64,000 bases of DNA, taken from contig CAZNED010000001.1 in the NCBI GenBank assembly GCA_964572275.1, positions 87,188-151,187 of the forward strand, in the 5' to 3' direction. This document shows, in pieces, positions 23,322 through 34,073 of the stretch (positions are counted from its first letter, which is position 1; each line of letters opens with the position of its first letter). Position numbers and translations under genes: made by a program. Source of the stretch: an uncultured Candidatus Saccharibacteria bacterium. GTDB lineage: Bacteria > Patescibacteriota > Minisyncoccia > Minisyncoccales > UBA1441. Under the pieces are notes generated by a model. The model was given only the letters and a program-made list of their open reading frames with translations, was not told the origin of the DNA and ran no database searches.

Positions 23322-24089
23322 TTATTCCTTTTCTTTCTCTTGTAATGAATTTTTACCAAATCCCTCAAATGCTCTCAAGATTTCCAAGGGGATTGCAAAA
23401 ACAATCGTATTGGATTGATCAGAGCTTATATCATTAATTGATTGAAGTGTCCTTAAATGGAGAGCCCCTTTAGCCCCTGATAGAACCTGAGCAGCTTTAG
23501 CCATATTATTAGCTGAAATTACTTCTCCTTCGGCCTTAATGATCATAGCTCTTTTTTCTCTCTCCGCCTCGGCTTGTCTGCCAATAACCCTCTTCATCTC
23601 TTCAGGAAGAGCGATATCTTTCAGTTCAACATTCAAAACTTTTATGCCCCAAGGATCGGTAGCATCATCAACAATCTTTCTAATATTCTCGGAAACTCTG
23701 TCTCTTTGAGAAAGTAATTCGTCTAGATCAACTTGGCCGACTACATTTCTCATCGTTGTCTGTGCTAACTGAGAAATAGCATAATAGAAATTCTCCACTT
23801 CTAGCACTGCTTTATCTGCTTCAGTAACCTTATAATAAATCACGGCATTAACCCCGACCGAGATATTATCTTTAGTAATTGCTTCTTGGTTTGGAACATC
23901 AACTGCTTTCACTCTCAAATCTACCTTTTGATAAGATTGAATAATCGGGAAAACTAATTGCCAACCTGGACTCATCAGACCAATATATTTACCGAACATT
24001 AGTTTGACCCCTTTTTCATATTGATTGATCTGCCTGATTGAAATCAGAATGATAAATAATATTATTCCTAAAATTGTATAGATTATCAT
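23322..24089 (-). CDS. SPFH/band-7 (stomatin-like) family protein
   Basis: 255 aa. N-terminal TM and SPFH-domain motifs, including ...RQAEAEREKRAMIIKAEGE. Confidence 0.85.
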   Translation of the reverse strand: MIIYTILGIILFIILISIRQINQYEKGVKLMFGKYIGLMSPGWQLVFPIIQSYQKVDLRVKAVDVPNQEAITKDNISVGVNAVIYYKVTEADKAVLEVENFYYAISQLAQTTMRNVVGQVDLDELLSQRDRVSENIRKIVDDATDPWGIKVLNVELKDIALPEEMKRVIGRQAEAEREKRAMIIKAEGEVISANNMAKAAQVLSGAKGALHLRTLQSINDISSDQSNTIVFAIPLEILRAFEGFGKNSLQEKEKE

Positions 24090-24178
24090 GATTGTATTTT
24101 AATTATTTAATAGCTTTACGTGTCTTTATTATATATAACACATTTAGAATTTGTCTATCAAAATAGAAAGAAACATCG

Positions 24179-24388
24179 CTAAGATTTATCGCTTAAGTAC
24201 TTATTAGCAACGCTTAATGCAAACGAAGGTAATATGAGGAATATTGTCGCAAGTAGAAGTTTTTCTAATATTATATTTAACCTCGAGCTTGTTTCACCTA
24301 TCCCAGGAGATGTTAAAACCATTAAAATTCCTACAATGCCAAAGATAATTGAAGAATAGATAAATAGGTATTTAGCTATTTTTTGCAT
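24179..24388 (-). CDS. Small two-TM membrane protein
   Basis: 69 aa from the ORF track. Confidence 0.5.
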   Translation of the reverse strand: MQKIAKYLFIYSSIIFGIVGILMVLTSPGIGETSSRLNIILEKLLLATIFLILPSFALSVANKYLSDKS

Positions 24389-24419
24389 AATTTTTTTATT
24401 TTATTCTTTAATAAAATTC

Positions 24420-24890
24420 TTAAATTTCCTTGAAAACATCAAGAGGATATATTATTCCACTCACCCAATCCATAAGCACCCTTGCTGAATATTCTGGGCG
24501 ATAAAGTTTTTGGGAAATGATAAGATCTGATATTTCATCTCTGTCAAACCATCTAATTTCTGCAATCTCTTGAGGCCGAGGATTTTCTTGTCCACCCACA
24601 ATACAGGCAGTAAAAACAAAGGCCAATCTAGTTCCTCCTTCCTTGGAGCGATTATATATTCCCACCAGGCCAAAAAGAGAAATATCATAACCCGTCTCTT
24701 CCTTAATTTCTCTTTTCACTCCATCAAGGATCATCTCGCCGGATTTAAGATGTCCGGCAGGAATGCTCCATTTCTGATCTTTCGTACTTTTCTGACGGAC
24801 ACAAAGTAAGCTACCATTCTTTTCAATAATTGCGGCCACTGAAACTCCTGTTGGGTTTATCCGTTTAGGTTCAATTCGTTGATTGGCCAT
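24420..24890 (-). CDS. NUDIX hydrolase
   Basis: 156 aa with Nudix box GHLKSGEMILDGVKREIKEETGYD. Confidence 0.85.
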   Translation of the reverse strand: MANQRIEPKRINPTGVSVAAIIEKNGSLLCVRQKSTKDQKWSIPAGHLKSGEMILDGVKREIKEETGYDISLFGLVGIYNRSKEGGTRLAFVFTACIVGGQENPRPQEIAEIRWFDRDEISDLIISQKLYRPEYSARVLMDWVSGIIYPLDVFKEI

Positions 24891-24986
24891 AAATCTATCT
24901 TATAATTTCGCTCTCAATTACCAATACTTGATAAATAATAGTTCTAGAAATTTGGGAAAAATTTCTCATCAAACAATAAAGGATCG

Positions 24987-26246
24987 CTAAGTTGGATCAA
25001 CCACTTTACCCAAGAACAGAATACTGCCGTTTTCTTTCTCTTGAATTACAAAGATGAAAGGGTGATCTGCATTGAAAATATTGTCAGGCATCACAGCAGT
25101 AAGTTTCATGCCTACGGCAGTTGCAGCCGCTGCTTCCGTTCCTTTTTCATCAACTTTGATATAGGCCTGATGAATGACGAAATCAATAAATAAATCTTGC
25201 ATACCTGTCATCCCCGAAAAATCAGCATTTCTCGAGAAAGCCGTCGGCATTCCCATGGCGGCAAGAGTATCTTTCATAAAATATTTAGTATCGAATTCGA
25301 ATTTAGGAAGAAATATCGAATCTAGCTTTGTCTCTTTCATTTGAGACTTGTATTCATTCAGTTTTTCCGCTGAAAGAGTTGATTCTATCATATCAAGATT
25401 ATCTTTCGGTAATAATATTAACATTGAAATTTTATCTCCTTTATATGGTAATTCCAGAATTTGCAGTTCCTCAGTATCAACATAATTAAACTCTGTTTTA
25501 TCGGGCTCCATATTCATCATTTCGGTTTTAACAATATTGTTATCAGTTATTCTAAAATCACCCTCAAAAGTATCGGATTTATCGAATTGCCACTGCCAAT
25601 CACCCTTGAAATAGATGGCATTAGTCAAAACAAGCCTAGTTGTCACGTCGATAAAACCATCCGGGATTAAGTTCTTAATTTTCTTGTTTGTCTGTTCTTC
25701 TATAAAACTATTGATCGTCAGCCTAGACGCTTCAGTTTCTTTAATAAAATCAATGTTTGCTGCTTTCCCACCATAATATTTTTCAATTTTAGTAAGATAA
25801 TCTTCCAAGAAAGGATAGTCTTGCTGGACCCACAGGGCATTGCCTGTTTTCAATTCATAATCTTTAATTGCTTTATTAATACTATTATAAATCTTAGCAA
25901 AGTTTGGCCTTAAAATATTACTCTCTGGAAAATGGAAAACTGATTTTATCTCGTCGGCCGTTTGTCCTTCAGCACCTTCATAAGTCATAGATATCGCCGC
26001 AAAAATACTGTAAGGGGAATAAAAAAGATTTTCGTTTTCAGATTCATTCAATTGATGGTATAAGTCGAAAGCAAATTCATTATTTGCATTAATCACCTCT
26101 TGCACCCCTTGTTGAGTTGAATCAGTATCGTCAGCTTTCGGAGGATCATTAGGCTGATATGGAAAAATAAAAAATGCCGCAGCCACAATGATTCCTATAG
26201 ACAAAATAATTATTATTGATCCGATTAATAAAATGTTTTTATTCAT
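24987..26246 (-). CDS. Serpin family protease inhibitor, second paralog, membrane-anchored
   Basis: The track ORF runs to 26297. The likely start is ATG 26246 (MNKNILLIGSIIIILSIGIIVAAAFF). Serpin motifs FYSPYSIFAAISMTYEGA, NAIYFKGDW and hinge EKGTEAAAATAVGMKLTAVM...FNADHPFIFVI. Confidence 0.9.
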   Translation of the reverse strand: MNKNILLIGSIIIILSIGIIVAAAFFIFPYQPNDPPKADDTDSTQQGVQEVINANNEFAFDLYHQLNESENENLFYSPYSIFAAISMTYEGAEGQTADEIKSVFHFPESNILRPNFAKIYNSINKAIKDYELKTGNALWVQQDYPFLEDYLTKIEKYYGGKAANIDFIKETEASRLTINSFIEEQTNKKIKNLIPDGFIDVTTRLVLTNAIYFKGDWQWQFDKSDTFEGDFRITDNNIVKTEMMNMEPDKTEFNYVDTEELQILELPYKGDKISMLILLPKDNLDMIESTLSAEKLNEYKSQMKETKLDSIFLPKFEFDTKYFMKDTLAAMGMPTAFSRNADFSGMTGMQDLFIDFVIHQAYIKVDEKGTEAAAATAVGMKLTAVMPDNIFNADHPFIFVIQEKENGSILFLGKVVDPT

Positions 26247-26447
26247 ATTGGTAATTATATCAAAAATTAGAGAAAAAACCTCCGAACTAAGAATCAAGAA
26301 ATTAAATATTTTAAGAAAATTTTAAGAAAATTTACATTTGCCATAAAATGTTATCCGATTGAGCGAGACTAGCCTAACATTACTTGACGAAGCAATGATT
26401 TAAACTAGAATTAAAAGAGGAATAATCTATTAAAATAAATTAATACT

Positions 26448-26960
26448 ATGGCAAATTTTTGCCCAAAATGTGGAAAAAAAGTTGATTCAGATGATAAGTT
26501 TTGCAAAAACTGCGGAGCCAATACACTAGAATCATCTGACATCCCAAAGGAACAATCTATTCCTGAGAAAACGACAATTCCGACAAAAACTCCTTCAAAA
26601 TACATTATCAGAGATGCTATCAAAGCATGCATCCAAATAGCACTTTTGATATTATTCCTATACTGGGCCTGGTACGCCTATAACTGCGCGGTTGGTAATC
26701 ATCTAGATAACGGAGATCAGATGTGCCAGAATATCTACCAATTTTTTAGCAGTGAAAATGATGGGAACAATGACGGTGGAGGAGGAAATCAGATAAGCAT
26801 AGCTTGCCAGCATTGTTCACCCGGTTACTGCTGGACAGAAGGAGCTTGTTGTCCTCAATCTGCACAATATTATTGTAACGGTTATTGCTATCAATCGAGC
26901 AATGCGGCATATAATGCAGGTTGTCATCAAAGCAATTGGACGCGATGGTGTTGCCAATGA
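26448..26960 (+). CDS. Zinc-ribbon / TM / Cys-rich ectodomain protein
   Basis: 170 aa. N-terminal CPKCG...CKNCG zinc ribbon, one TM span, and a C-terminal 60 aa with about 14 Cys (ACQHCSPGYCWTEGACCPQSAQYYCNGYCYQ...WTRWCCQ). Confidence 0.6.
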   Translation: MANFCPKCGKKVDSDDKFCKNCGANTLESSDIPKEQSIPEKTTIPTKTPSKYIIRDAIKACIQIALLILFLYWAWYAYNCAVGNHLDNGDQMCQNIYQFFSSENDGNNDGGGGNQISIACQHCSPGYCWTEGACCPQSAQYYCNGYCYQSSNAAYNAGCHQSNWTRWCCQ

Positions 26961-27072
26961 TAGTTAATCTCTAAGGAATATTGTTTTTATATCGAAAAAC
27001 AAAATAATTTCCGTAATCTCTCCAGAAAATGCTTTTTAGATAATTTTTATCTAATATACTCTATTAAGTAAA

Positions 27073-27525
27073 TCACCACCCTATTTGACAAGCGTCATTA
27101 ACCACTTGTTGCAATCCCTTATCATTTCCAAATATCTGATCAAGCGTATCCATATTCAAGGTTCCTTCTGGGAAATAGCAGTTCATATCCAAAACATCGT
27201 TTAGTTTTCTTTGGAAATGACATTTTCCATCTTCCACTCCCAGAATCGTTATCTCTATGGACGTTTCCCCATCTGATCCAATCATTTTAGCTGTTACTGG
27301 CAAACATCCATTCATTCTGCCTATAAAACACATTGGGTCATCGGCCTGACCACAATCAACCATTGCCTCATCTTGCGTTTCAATCAACGACGAATCATCT
27401 GCTTGCTGATTATCGCCAGTTTCTTCTTGAGCTTCCTGATTATTGAAAAAGAAGAATATTCCACCCCCAATAATTACTAAGACTAAAACAATTACTACGA
27501 TAGATAGGATCTTTTTGTCTGCCAT
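27073..27525 (-). CDS. Membrane-anchored Cys-containing extracytoplasmic protein
   Basis: 150 aa. TM anchor, acidic linker, and a domain with 6 Cys. Confidence 0.55.
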   Translation of the reverse strand: MADKKILSIVVIVLVLVIIGGGIFFFFNNQEAQEETGDNQQADDSSLIETQDEAMVDCGQADDPMCFIGRMNGCLPVTAKMIGSDGETSIEITILGVEDGKCHFQRKLNDVLDMNCYFPEGTLNMDTLDQIFGNDKGLQQVVNDACQIGW

Positions 27526-27739
27526 ATTTATAAGATATTATTAATTATTCGACTTATTTAATCTATCATACCAAACCTTACTTCATTATGCTATTTACCA
27601 TCATAGAGAATAATAATTTAGAATTTACCTCATCTTCGTTTTATCTTCAAGGCTTGGATAGAAATAGATTAATTTTGTGAAAACTTTCGGCGTAAATTAG
27701 AGCAAATATTGTAGCGCGCAAACTGTGCTTAATAAAAAA

Positions 27740-27760
27740 CCCTCGGAAAGATACCGAGGG
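27740..27760. terminator. Bidirectional terminator downstream of the RRM gene
   Basis: CCCTCGG-AAAGATA-CCGAGGG flanked by an A-run and a T-run. Confidence 0.7.
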
Positions 27761-27802
27761 TTTTCCAAAGCCTCCTATTAAGAAGACTTTTAGATAAAAC
27801 AT

Positions 27803-28129
27803 TTACCAGCGATCCTTGTTGCCTCCACCGAATCCTCCCCTGTTATCGCGGCCATATCCGCCTGTTCGAGGAGTCCTTGGCTCCATAGGACGAGCTTCGT
27901 TTACCGTGAGGGTTCTGCCATCGAGCTCTTTACCGTCTAATGTTTCAATAGCTTTTTGAGCTTCTTCATCAGTTGCCATTTCGACGAAGCCGAAACCTTT
28001 TGAGCGGTTAGTCATCCTATCCATGATGATTGTAGCCGTTTCAACTGTTCCTGCTACTGCGAAAGCTTCTTTTAAAGCAGCTTCAGATGTGTTGTAGGAT
28101 AATCCTCCAACATATAATTTCTTTGCCAT
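27803..28129 (-). CDS. RRM-type RNA-binding protein with a Gly/Arg-rich tail (108 aa)
   Basis: RNP2 KLYVGGL, RNP1 KGFGFVEM, C-terminus GGYGRDNRGGFGGGNKDRW. Confidence 0.9.
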   Translation of the reverse strand: MAKKLYVGGLSYNTSEAALKEAFAVAGTVETATIIMDRMTNRSKGFGFVEMATDEEAQKAIETLDGKELDGRTLTVNEARPMEPRTPRTGGYGRDNRGGFGGGNKDRW

Positions 28130-28286
28130 TTGATTTTATTTTATTTGAATAAAAGTAAGCCGACCTGCTATCTTTAGTTCTCTTCTCGTAGCTTACTTTT
28201 AACAGAAACTCAAGAAAGAAACCTGATAGAAACTTACTATCATATAATGACACCATTCTAGATATACGCAAGAGCTATTCCCCCTG

Positions 28287-29255
28287 TTAGATGCTTTTCT
28301 CTGGAATTAAACTATTAAGTATATTTTTAACACCTTCTATTGTTTTATCTTCAATTATGGAAATCGCTACAACCTTTTTGCCTATTTTCTTAAATTGCTT
28401 TTTTATCTCCGCGATAACATCAGGAGTCACTGTATCACTTTTACTTATAAAAATATATTCTGGCTTGGCCAGAAGTAATATGTTATATGCTTCTAATTCT
28501 GCTTTTACAGTTTTATAGTCTTGGATGGGATCATCAGAATCGGCTGAGATAAAGTGGAATAGAGTTTTTGTGCGCTCTATGTGGCGCAAAAATTTAATCC
28601 CCAATCCTTTACCAGCTGAAGCCCCTTCTATGAGTCCTGGAATGTCAGCTAAAATTAAATCGTAATATACTCCTAGGTTTGGTTCTAAAGTTGTAAAAGG
28701 ATAATTTGCAACTTTACTGTTTGCATTTGTTAATTCATTGAGCAAGCTTGATTTTCCTACATTTGGTAGCCCTATAAATCCAACGTCAGCAATTAACTTT
28801 AATTCCAAATGTATTTCAAAACTCTCTCCGGGCTCTCCTTCCTGAAATTCCATTGGGCTGGTATTAGTTGCCGATCTAAATAAATAGTTTCCTTTTCCTC
28901 CTCGCCCGCCCTTAGCGATTATTTCTCTTTGACCAATTTTAGTAATTTCAATATCTTTTTTATTCGTAAGATCGTGACAAATCGTACCAACTGGAACGAA
29001 TAGAATTAAATCATCTGCATCATGGCCATCATTAAGATGAGATTTACCATGTTGCCCACTCTCTGCTTCAAACTCTTTTTTAAAACGAAATTTCCTTAAG
29101 GCACCTAAATCGGCCACCCCTTCGATAAAAATGCTTCCACCTTTTCCTCCGCTACCGCCAGTGGGGCCCAGAGTCATTTTTGTTTTACTAAAAGTTACTA
29201 AACCTCGCCCACCGTGGCCAGCTATAACTGTTATTTTGATATCATCTACAATCAT
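28287..29255 (-). CDS. obg: GTPase Obg
   Basis: 322 aa. The N-terminal Obg fold has GGxG repeats (AGHGGRG, GGSGGKGG, GGRGGKGN). G domain motifs GLPNVGKSS, DIPGLIEGA. Confidence 0.9.
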   Translation of the reverse strand: MIVDDIKITVIAGHGGRGLVTFSKTKMTLGPTGGSGGKGGSIFIEGVADLGALRKFRFKKEFEAESGQHGKSHLNDGHDADDLILFVPVGTICHDLTNKKDIEITKIGQREIIAKGGRGGKGNYLFRSATNTSPMEFQEGEPGESFEIHLELKLIADVGFIGLPNVGKSSLLNELTNANSKVANYPFTTLEPNLGVYYDLILADIPGLIEGASAGKGLGIKFLRHIERTKTLFHFISADSDDPIQDYKTVKAELEAYNILLLAKPEYIFISKSDTVTPDVIAEIKKQFKKIGKKVVAISIIEDKTIEGVKNILNSLIPEKSI

Positions 29256-29395
29256 ATTTTCTGTATAATCATCGAGACAATGTCTGTCTCCATCACTTCC
29301 GTCTTTTTACTATAGACAAAGACGTATCTTTTCGGATCTTCACTTGTATCTCCCGGAGCTCTATATAAATTATAATTTGATCATAACACAAAAAC

Positions 29396-29414
29396 CCGAG
29401 AAGGTTGTTCTCGG
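29396..29414 (-). terminator. Intrinsic terminator of the hydrolase gene
   Basis: CCGAGAA-GGTTG-TTCTCGG, followed by a T-run on the minus strand. Confidence 0.65.
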
Positions 29415-29521
29415 ACAACAATGGCCCCGAGCTGTGCTAGAACTTAGAATTATCATTTTAAGCGGTTGAAAGTTCTTACGGGCTGGACGCAGCCGTGGAT
29501 ATGCTGGATGACAAGATGCCG

Positions 29522-30628
29522 TTAGACTTTTAATTCTTCCAAATATTCACTTACCACCTTGATGAATATTTTCGGTTTTACTAAATGAACATCATGAATG
29601 GCATTTACTTTTATCACTTTAATATCTTTTACAATTGAACGGATTTTCTCAATATCATTATCGTCCAATGCGCCGAGCAACCCCCAAGTTTTATGTCTAG
29701 ACCAATAGGCATGTATCAATAAAACAGGACATTTAATTTTTTTCAGCGTTTCTTCCGGGTCAAAGTCTTTAACTAATCTTCCATCAATTGTTGCTCTTGA
29801 AAAATCAACATCATATTCGCTTATAAATTTTAAACCAGCTCTTTCGTCAAATCGGGCATTAAGTAAATCGTATTTTTTTGTCGGACGAATTTTTTTATTA
29901 AATTCAAGACTCATTGCTCTATAGCTTGCTATAAAAGAAGGCATCAGCAAGAGTTTTTCTTTGCTTGCTATCGGAATTCCTTGTTTAGCGAAAAAACCTT
30001 TTATGTCTCTCTTTGGTTTTCCAAGGGTTTCTATCGCAGTTTCAAAAAGGCGATACATGAATTTTTCTTCTTTGATTCTTGGATACATCGAAGAAAAAAA
30101 GGGAGGGTCTTCGCTAATTGCTATAGAAACATTTTCAGGAGCATTGGCTGCCAGCCAAAGCGAAAGAATGGCTCCCGAAGAAAGTCCTGATACAATCGCA
30201 GGTTTTTTAACAACTTTTCTAAGAAATTCCTTCAGATCTTCCCCGATTATATTATAAGAATAATACCCCGGAGTTCTTGTGGATTTTCCATGGCCCCTAA
30301 TATCAACAACAAAAACGTGATAATTTCTTGAAAAATAAGGCATCACGAGTTCATATCCCTGCCAGAATTCCATTTGACCTGGAATAAATAATAACGAAGG
30401 ACCATTATCTGGACCCTCAACATAATTTAAAGTTACCTTTCCGGTATTAAATTTCTTTTCAGCAAATCCATTAGGGATAGTTTCAACGGAAAGCCTAAAT
30501 GGATTAAAAGTTTTTACAACTAAAAAAACCATTACTCCCAGAAATATCCAAAATCCGGGCACATGATAAACTACCATGGCTAAAATTGCTAATATTCCTA
30601 AAGCACTGTAAATAATTATTTTACTCAT
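29522..30628 (-). CDS. Alpha/beta hydrolase with N-terminal TM segments
   Basis: 368 aa. Motifs RGHGKS and nucleophile elbow GLSSGA. Confidence 0.75.
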   Translation of the reverse strand: MSKIIIYSALGILAILAMVVYHVPGFWIFLGVMVFLVVKTFNPFRLSVETIPNGFAEKKFNTGKVTLNYVEGPDNGPSLLFIPGQMEFWQGYELVMPYFSRNYHVFVVDIRGHGKSTRTPGYYSYNIIGEDLKEFLRKVVKKPAIVSGLSSGAILSLWLAANAPENVSIAISEDPPFFSSMYPRIKEEKFMYRLFETAIETLGKPKRDIKGFFAKQGIPIASKEKLLLMPSFIASYRAMSLEFNKKIRPTKKYDLLNARFDERAGLKFISEYDVDFSRATIDGRLVKDFDPEETLKKIKCPVLLIHAYWSRHKTWGLLGALDDNDIEKIRSIVKDIKVIKVNAIHDVHLVKPKIFIKVVSEYLEELKV

Positions 30629-30716
30629 TTTGTTTATTATATATATGAATCTAATTTGATTATATCAAAAAATCGCCTGATTAGCGTTTTTTTCTTTAAT
30701 TCTGTAAACGTAAACT

Positions 30717-30791
30717 TGGCTCCGAGGGTCGGACTCGAACCGACAGCCAACGCGTTAACAGCGCGTCGCTCTACCATTGAGCTACCTCGGA
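30717..30791 (-). tRNA. tRNA-Asn (GUU), CCA encoded
   Basis: Cloverleaf TCCGAGG...CCTCGGA-G-CCA. Anticodon loop CTGTTAA. Confidence 0.9.
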
Positions 30792-30871
30792 ATGTATCTA
30801 ATTTATAGGACAATAGGGAATTTTTCAAGAGCCCCAAAGATCCATTAGCCCTATAATAGATAAATACAGAA

Positions 30872-31945
30872 TTAATAATCTTCCAATTTCTTTAACGATT
30901 GTTCAGAACGCATTCTCTCAAGCGCCTTCACTTGAATTTGCCGAATTCTTTCACGAGTTACATTAAATTTTTCTCCCACCTCCTCTAACGTCTTCGGTCG
31001 TCCATCTTCTAATCCGAATCTCATAGCTAGAATCTCTCTCTCTCGAGAAGTCAAATCAATTAACATATTATCGATCCTTTCTCTTAGCAAATTCCTTGCG
31101 GCTGGATCTGATGGAGGAGCCGTATCTTTGTTCTCGATAAAGTCAATAAGAGAACTGGATTCATCATCTTGCCCCACGGGTTTCTCTAGCGAAACTACTT
31201 CCCGAGAAATTTCCATAATCTGATGGGCTTTCTCGACCGGAATATTCATTTCGGCAGCCACCTCTTCAGCCAAAGGCTCTCGTCCTAAAGTTCTCTGTAG
31301 TCCCCGACTTACTTTCGTGTATTTCGTTATCTTTTCAATCATATGAACCGGAATCCGGATTGTCCGAGCATGATTGGCCAATGCACGTGTAATGGCCTGT
31401 CGGATCCACCAAGTAGCATATGTTGAAAATTTATAGCCACGACGCCAATCAAATTTCTCGGCCGCTCGGAATAAACCTAAATTTCCTTCTTGAATTAGAT
31501 CAAGCAAACTCAGTTTCGTTGTCCGATTAGCATATTTCTTAGCGATTGAAACTACCAAGCGTAAATTTGCCCGAATCAATTTTTGCTTGGCCTCCTTATC
31601 GCCCTTTTTAATCTTCTTTGATAGTTCTTTCTCTTCATCGGCATCGATTAATTCCGTTCGTCCGATTTCTTGCAAATAAGCTTGGACTGGGTCTATTTTA
31701 GTCGCCAATCCTTTCTCTGATTCAATTTCTGCCGACAAATAAGAAATCTTTGGTTTAATCTTAATTCCCTCGTTTTCCAAAAATCTATAAGTGGCTGTCA
31801 TCTTCTTGACATCACTCTTCAATCTGGGAAAAGCATACCCAATTTCATCCTCGGTTATAAACCCACGATCTTTAACTTTATCAACTAGGATTATTAATTT
31901 TTTTTCATAGGCTGTCTTCACCTTTTTGATCTTCTTTTGAGGCAT
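30872..31945 (-). CDS. rpoD: RNA polymerase primary sigma factor RpoD
   Basis: 357 aa. Regions 2-4 are conserved ([13 protein letters not shown]; [20 protein letters not shown]). Confidence 0.9.
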   Translation of the reverse strand: MPQKKIKKVKTAYEKKLIILVDKVKDRGFITEDEIGYAFPRLKSDVKKMTATYRFLENEGIKIKPKISYLSAEIESEKGLATKIDPVQAYLQEIGRTELIDADEEKELSKKIKKGDKEAKQKLIRANLRLVVSIAKKYANRTTKLSLLDLIQEGNLGLFRAAEKFDWRRGYKFSTYATWWIRQAITRALANHARTIRIPVHMIEKITKYTKVSRGLQRTLGREPLAEEVAAEMNIPVEKAHQIMEISREVVSLEKPVGQDDESSSLIDFIENKDTAPPSDPAARNLLRERIDNMLIDLTSREREILAMRFGLEDGRPKTLEEVGEKFNVTRERIRQIQVKALERMRSEQSLKKLEDY

Positions 31946-33677
31946 GATTATTAAATAAATCCTGACTTAATTGGTGTAATTCTTTCATCAATTGCTGGAT
32001 TTTACGCGGTTTCTGATCCCGCTCAGCCTGAGCAATTTGTTCGGTCAATTTTCTCATTTCTTCTTGGATGATCATTTGGCGTAATTCCGTCAGACAAATT
32101 ACCATCTCTTCATCAATGTTTATTTCGTCAGCTTCAACTTCTACGGCCAGTACATTCAATAGATTATCCACATCTCTTGAGAGATTGCGCCTTTCATCAA
32201 GTTTATCATCGAATAAACAATTGATTATATCACGGGCCCATTGCGAAAAAAGCTTTAAATCTTTTTTATTTACCAAACAATGATATTTCTTGTCTTGAAG
32301 CATCATGCCAATCACCCGTCTTTCTAAGCGATCTTTGCGAGAAAGATGATCTTTCGTCAATATTTTATCAGTTTCTTTATAAGAATCATCTTCTGTTTTT
32401 TCAGATTCTATTTTTTCAAGCTCCTTCCAAATATTCTGTTCATCAACTTTTAAACGGCCAGCTAATTCTTGAACCCAATGAGACCTCTCTATTTGATCAG
32501 AAATACTAGCTAATAATGGCAAAATCATTCTTCCAATTTTTCGACGCCCCTCTGGAGTCTTATGATCACTCTGGCGAAATGCCAATTCAAAGTAAAAATC
32601 AAAAACAGATTGTGCATTCTCGGCTAATTTTAACCAATTTTCGGAATCTTTAAGGATAATATCTGCCGGATCAAGACCCGCGTCCATAGTAACCACTCTT
32701 ACCATGAAGCCGTCTTTTTGCGCTAAACCAATTCCTCTTTGAGTCGCTAGATTTCCTGCACTATCCATGTCAAAAGCCATTAACAGATTCTCGGTATAAC
32801 GCTTTAGAATGGAAAGCTGATCATGCGTTAAAGCCGTACCACTGGCAGCAACAGTTTGGCTCAAGCCTGCCTGATGGCTCATAATGACATCTGTATATCC
32901 TTCCGTTAGAATGGCTTGATCTTTTTCGCGAATAGCCAATTTGGCTTTATGGATACCATACAATACTCGGCTTTTATCATAAATTAACGTTTGCGGAGTA
33001 TTGATATATTTCGCAGAATCATCTTCTCCATCGAACACTCGTCCTCCGAATCCGATAATTTGACCTTGTAAATTAGCGATCGGAAACATAATACGTCCGC
33101 GAAACCGATCGTAAACTGTACCTTTTTCCGGGTGTTTCACGATTAAACCTGCTGCTAATATTTCTTCTTTCCGAAAATTATTTCTTTGAAGGAAATCCAA
33201 TAATCCGGACCAGCTTTGGGGCGCATACCCTAATCTCCACTCTTTAATACTCTCTTCGGTTAATCCTCGGCCCATTAAATATTCTTTCGCGCGGAGGCCA
33301 CTTTCGCTATCAATTAACTGCTTTATGAAGAAATTAGTGGCTCTCTCGCAAATATCGTACAATGCCTTCTGTTCACTCCGAAGCTGATTATCAATAGGAT
33401 TAATCTCAATTCCTGCCCGGCGAGCCAATAAATGTAGGGCCTCTCTAAATTCAATACCTTCCATTTCCATAACAAAAGAGAAAATATCTCCATACGCCCC
33501 ACATCCGAAACATTTATAAGTTTGCCTTTCTGGCGAGACATAGAAGGATGGCGTTTTCTCGCTATGAAAAGGGCATAGTGCCTGATAGCCGGCACCTACT
33601 TTTTTTAATTTCAAATATTCGCCGATAATATCGAGAATATCCAGGCGACTTTTTATTTCCTGAACCGGAGATGTCAT
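31905..33677 (-). CDS. dnaG: DNA primase DnaG
   Basis: 590 aa. Zinc finger [11 protein letters not shown]...CFGCG and a TOPRIM domain (EGYTDV, DMDSAG). The 3' end overlaps rpoD by 41 nt. Confidence 0.9.
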   Translation of the reverse strand: MTSPVQEIKSRLDILDIIGEYLKLKKVGAGYQALCPFHSEKTPSFYVSPERQTYKCFGCGAYGDIFSFVMEMEGIEFREALHLLARRAGIEINPIDNQLRSEQKALYDICERATNFFIKQLIDSESGLRAKEYLMGRGLTEESIKEWRLGYAPQSWSGLLDFLQRNNFRKEEILAAGLIVKHPEKGTVYDRFRGRIMFPIANLQGQIIGFGGRVFDGEDDSAKYINTPQTLIYDKSRVLYGIHKAKLAIREKDQAILTEGYTDVIMSHQAGLSQTVAASGTALTHDQLSILKRYTENLLMAFDMDSAGNLATQRGIGLAQKDGFMVRVVTMDAGLDPADIILKDSENWLKLAENAQSVFDFYFELAFRQSDHKTPEGRRKIGRMILPLLASISDQIERSHWVQELAGRLKVDEQNIWKELEKIESEKTEDDSYKETDKILTKDHLSRKDRLERRVIGMMLQDKKYHCLVNKKDLKLFSQWARDIINCLFDDKLDERRNLSRDVDNLLNVLAVEVEADEINIDEEMVICLTELRQMIIQEEMRKLTEQIAQAERDQKPRKIQQLMKELHQLSQDLFNNHASKEDQKGEDSL

Positions 33678-33794
33678 TTACGCTAATCTTAGCTCAAATC
33701 CCCGGTCTTGACAATAAACCATTATGGGTATATATTCATTATAGGTAATTTCTATAAAGGTCGATTACCTATATAAATCAAATATATTATTAAA

Positions 33795-34001
33795 ATGCCT
33801 AGATTTGATGGAACTGGTCCTTATGGTTACGGCCCTATGACTGGCCGAGGTTTCGGTTTTTGCAGAGGTGGGTTTGGTTACCCAATGCGCCGATGGCTCC
33901 CCCAGGATGAATTGGCTGAATTGGAAGCTGAAGAAAAATTCTTAGCTGACGAGTTGGAAGCAATTCGTAAACGCAGAGCCGAATTAAAGGACCAAAAATG
34001 A
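33795..34001 (+). CDS. DUF5320-like small protein
   Basis: 68 aa. MPRFDGTGPYGYGPMTGRGFGFC followed by a C-terminal coiled coil. Confidence 0.65.
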   Translation: MPRFDGTGPYGYGPMTGRGFGFCRGGFGYPMRRWLPQDELAELEAEEKFLADELEAIRKRRAELKDQK

Positions 34002-34011
34002 GAAGGAGAAG

Positions 34012-34041
34012 CCTCAGCTTCTCTATCACGAGAAGCTGAGG
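34012..34041 (+). other. Perfect 12-bp hairpin between the DUF5320-like and DUF134-like genes (no T-run)
   Basis: CCTCAGCTTCTC-TATCAC-GAGAAGCTGAGG. Confidence 0.6.
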
Positions 34042-34073
34042 ATGCCTTCGTAAAGCAATCTTAACATATAACT

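Noticed and set aside
26298-26345. Direct repeat TTTTAAGAAAAT x2 upstream of the second serpin
   Set aside because: It is a very short AT-rich duplication, compatible with chance or promoter A-tracts, with no further structure.
30637-30837. 66-aa ORF overlapping tRNA-Asn, and 62-aa ORF 61526-61714 overlapping tRNA-Ile and tRNA-Val
   Set aside because: These are translations of tRNA genes.
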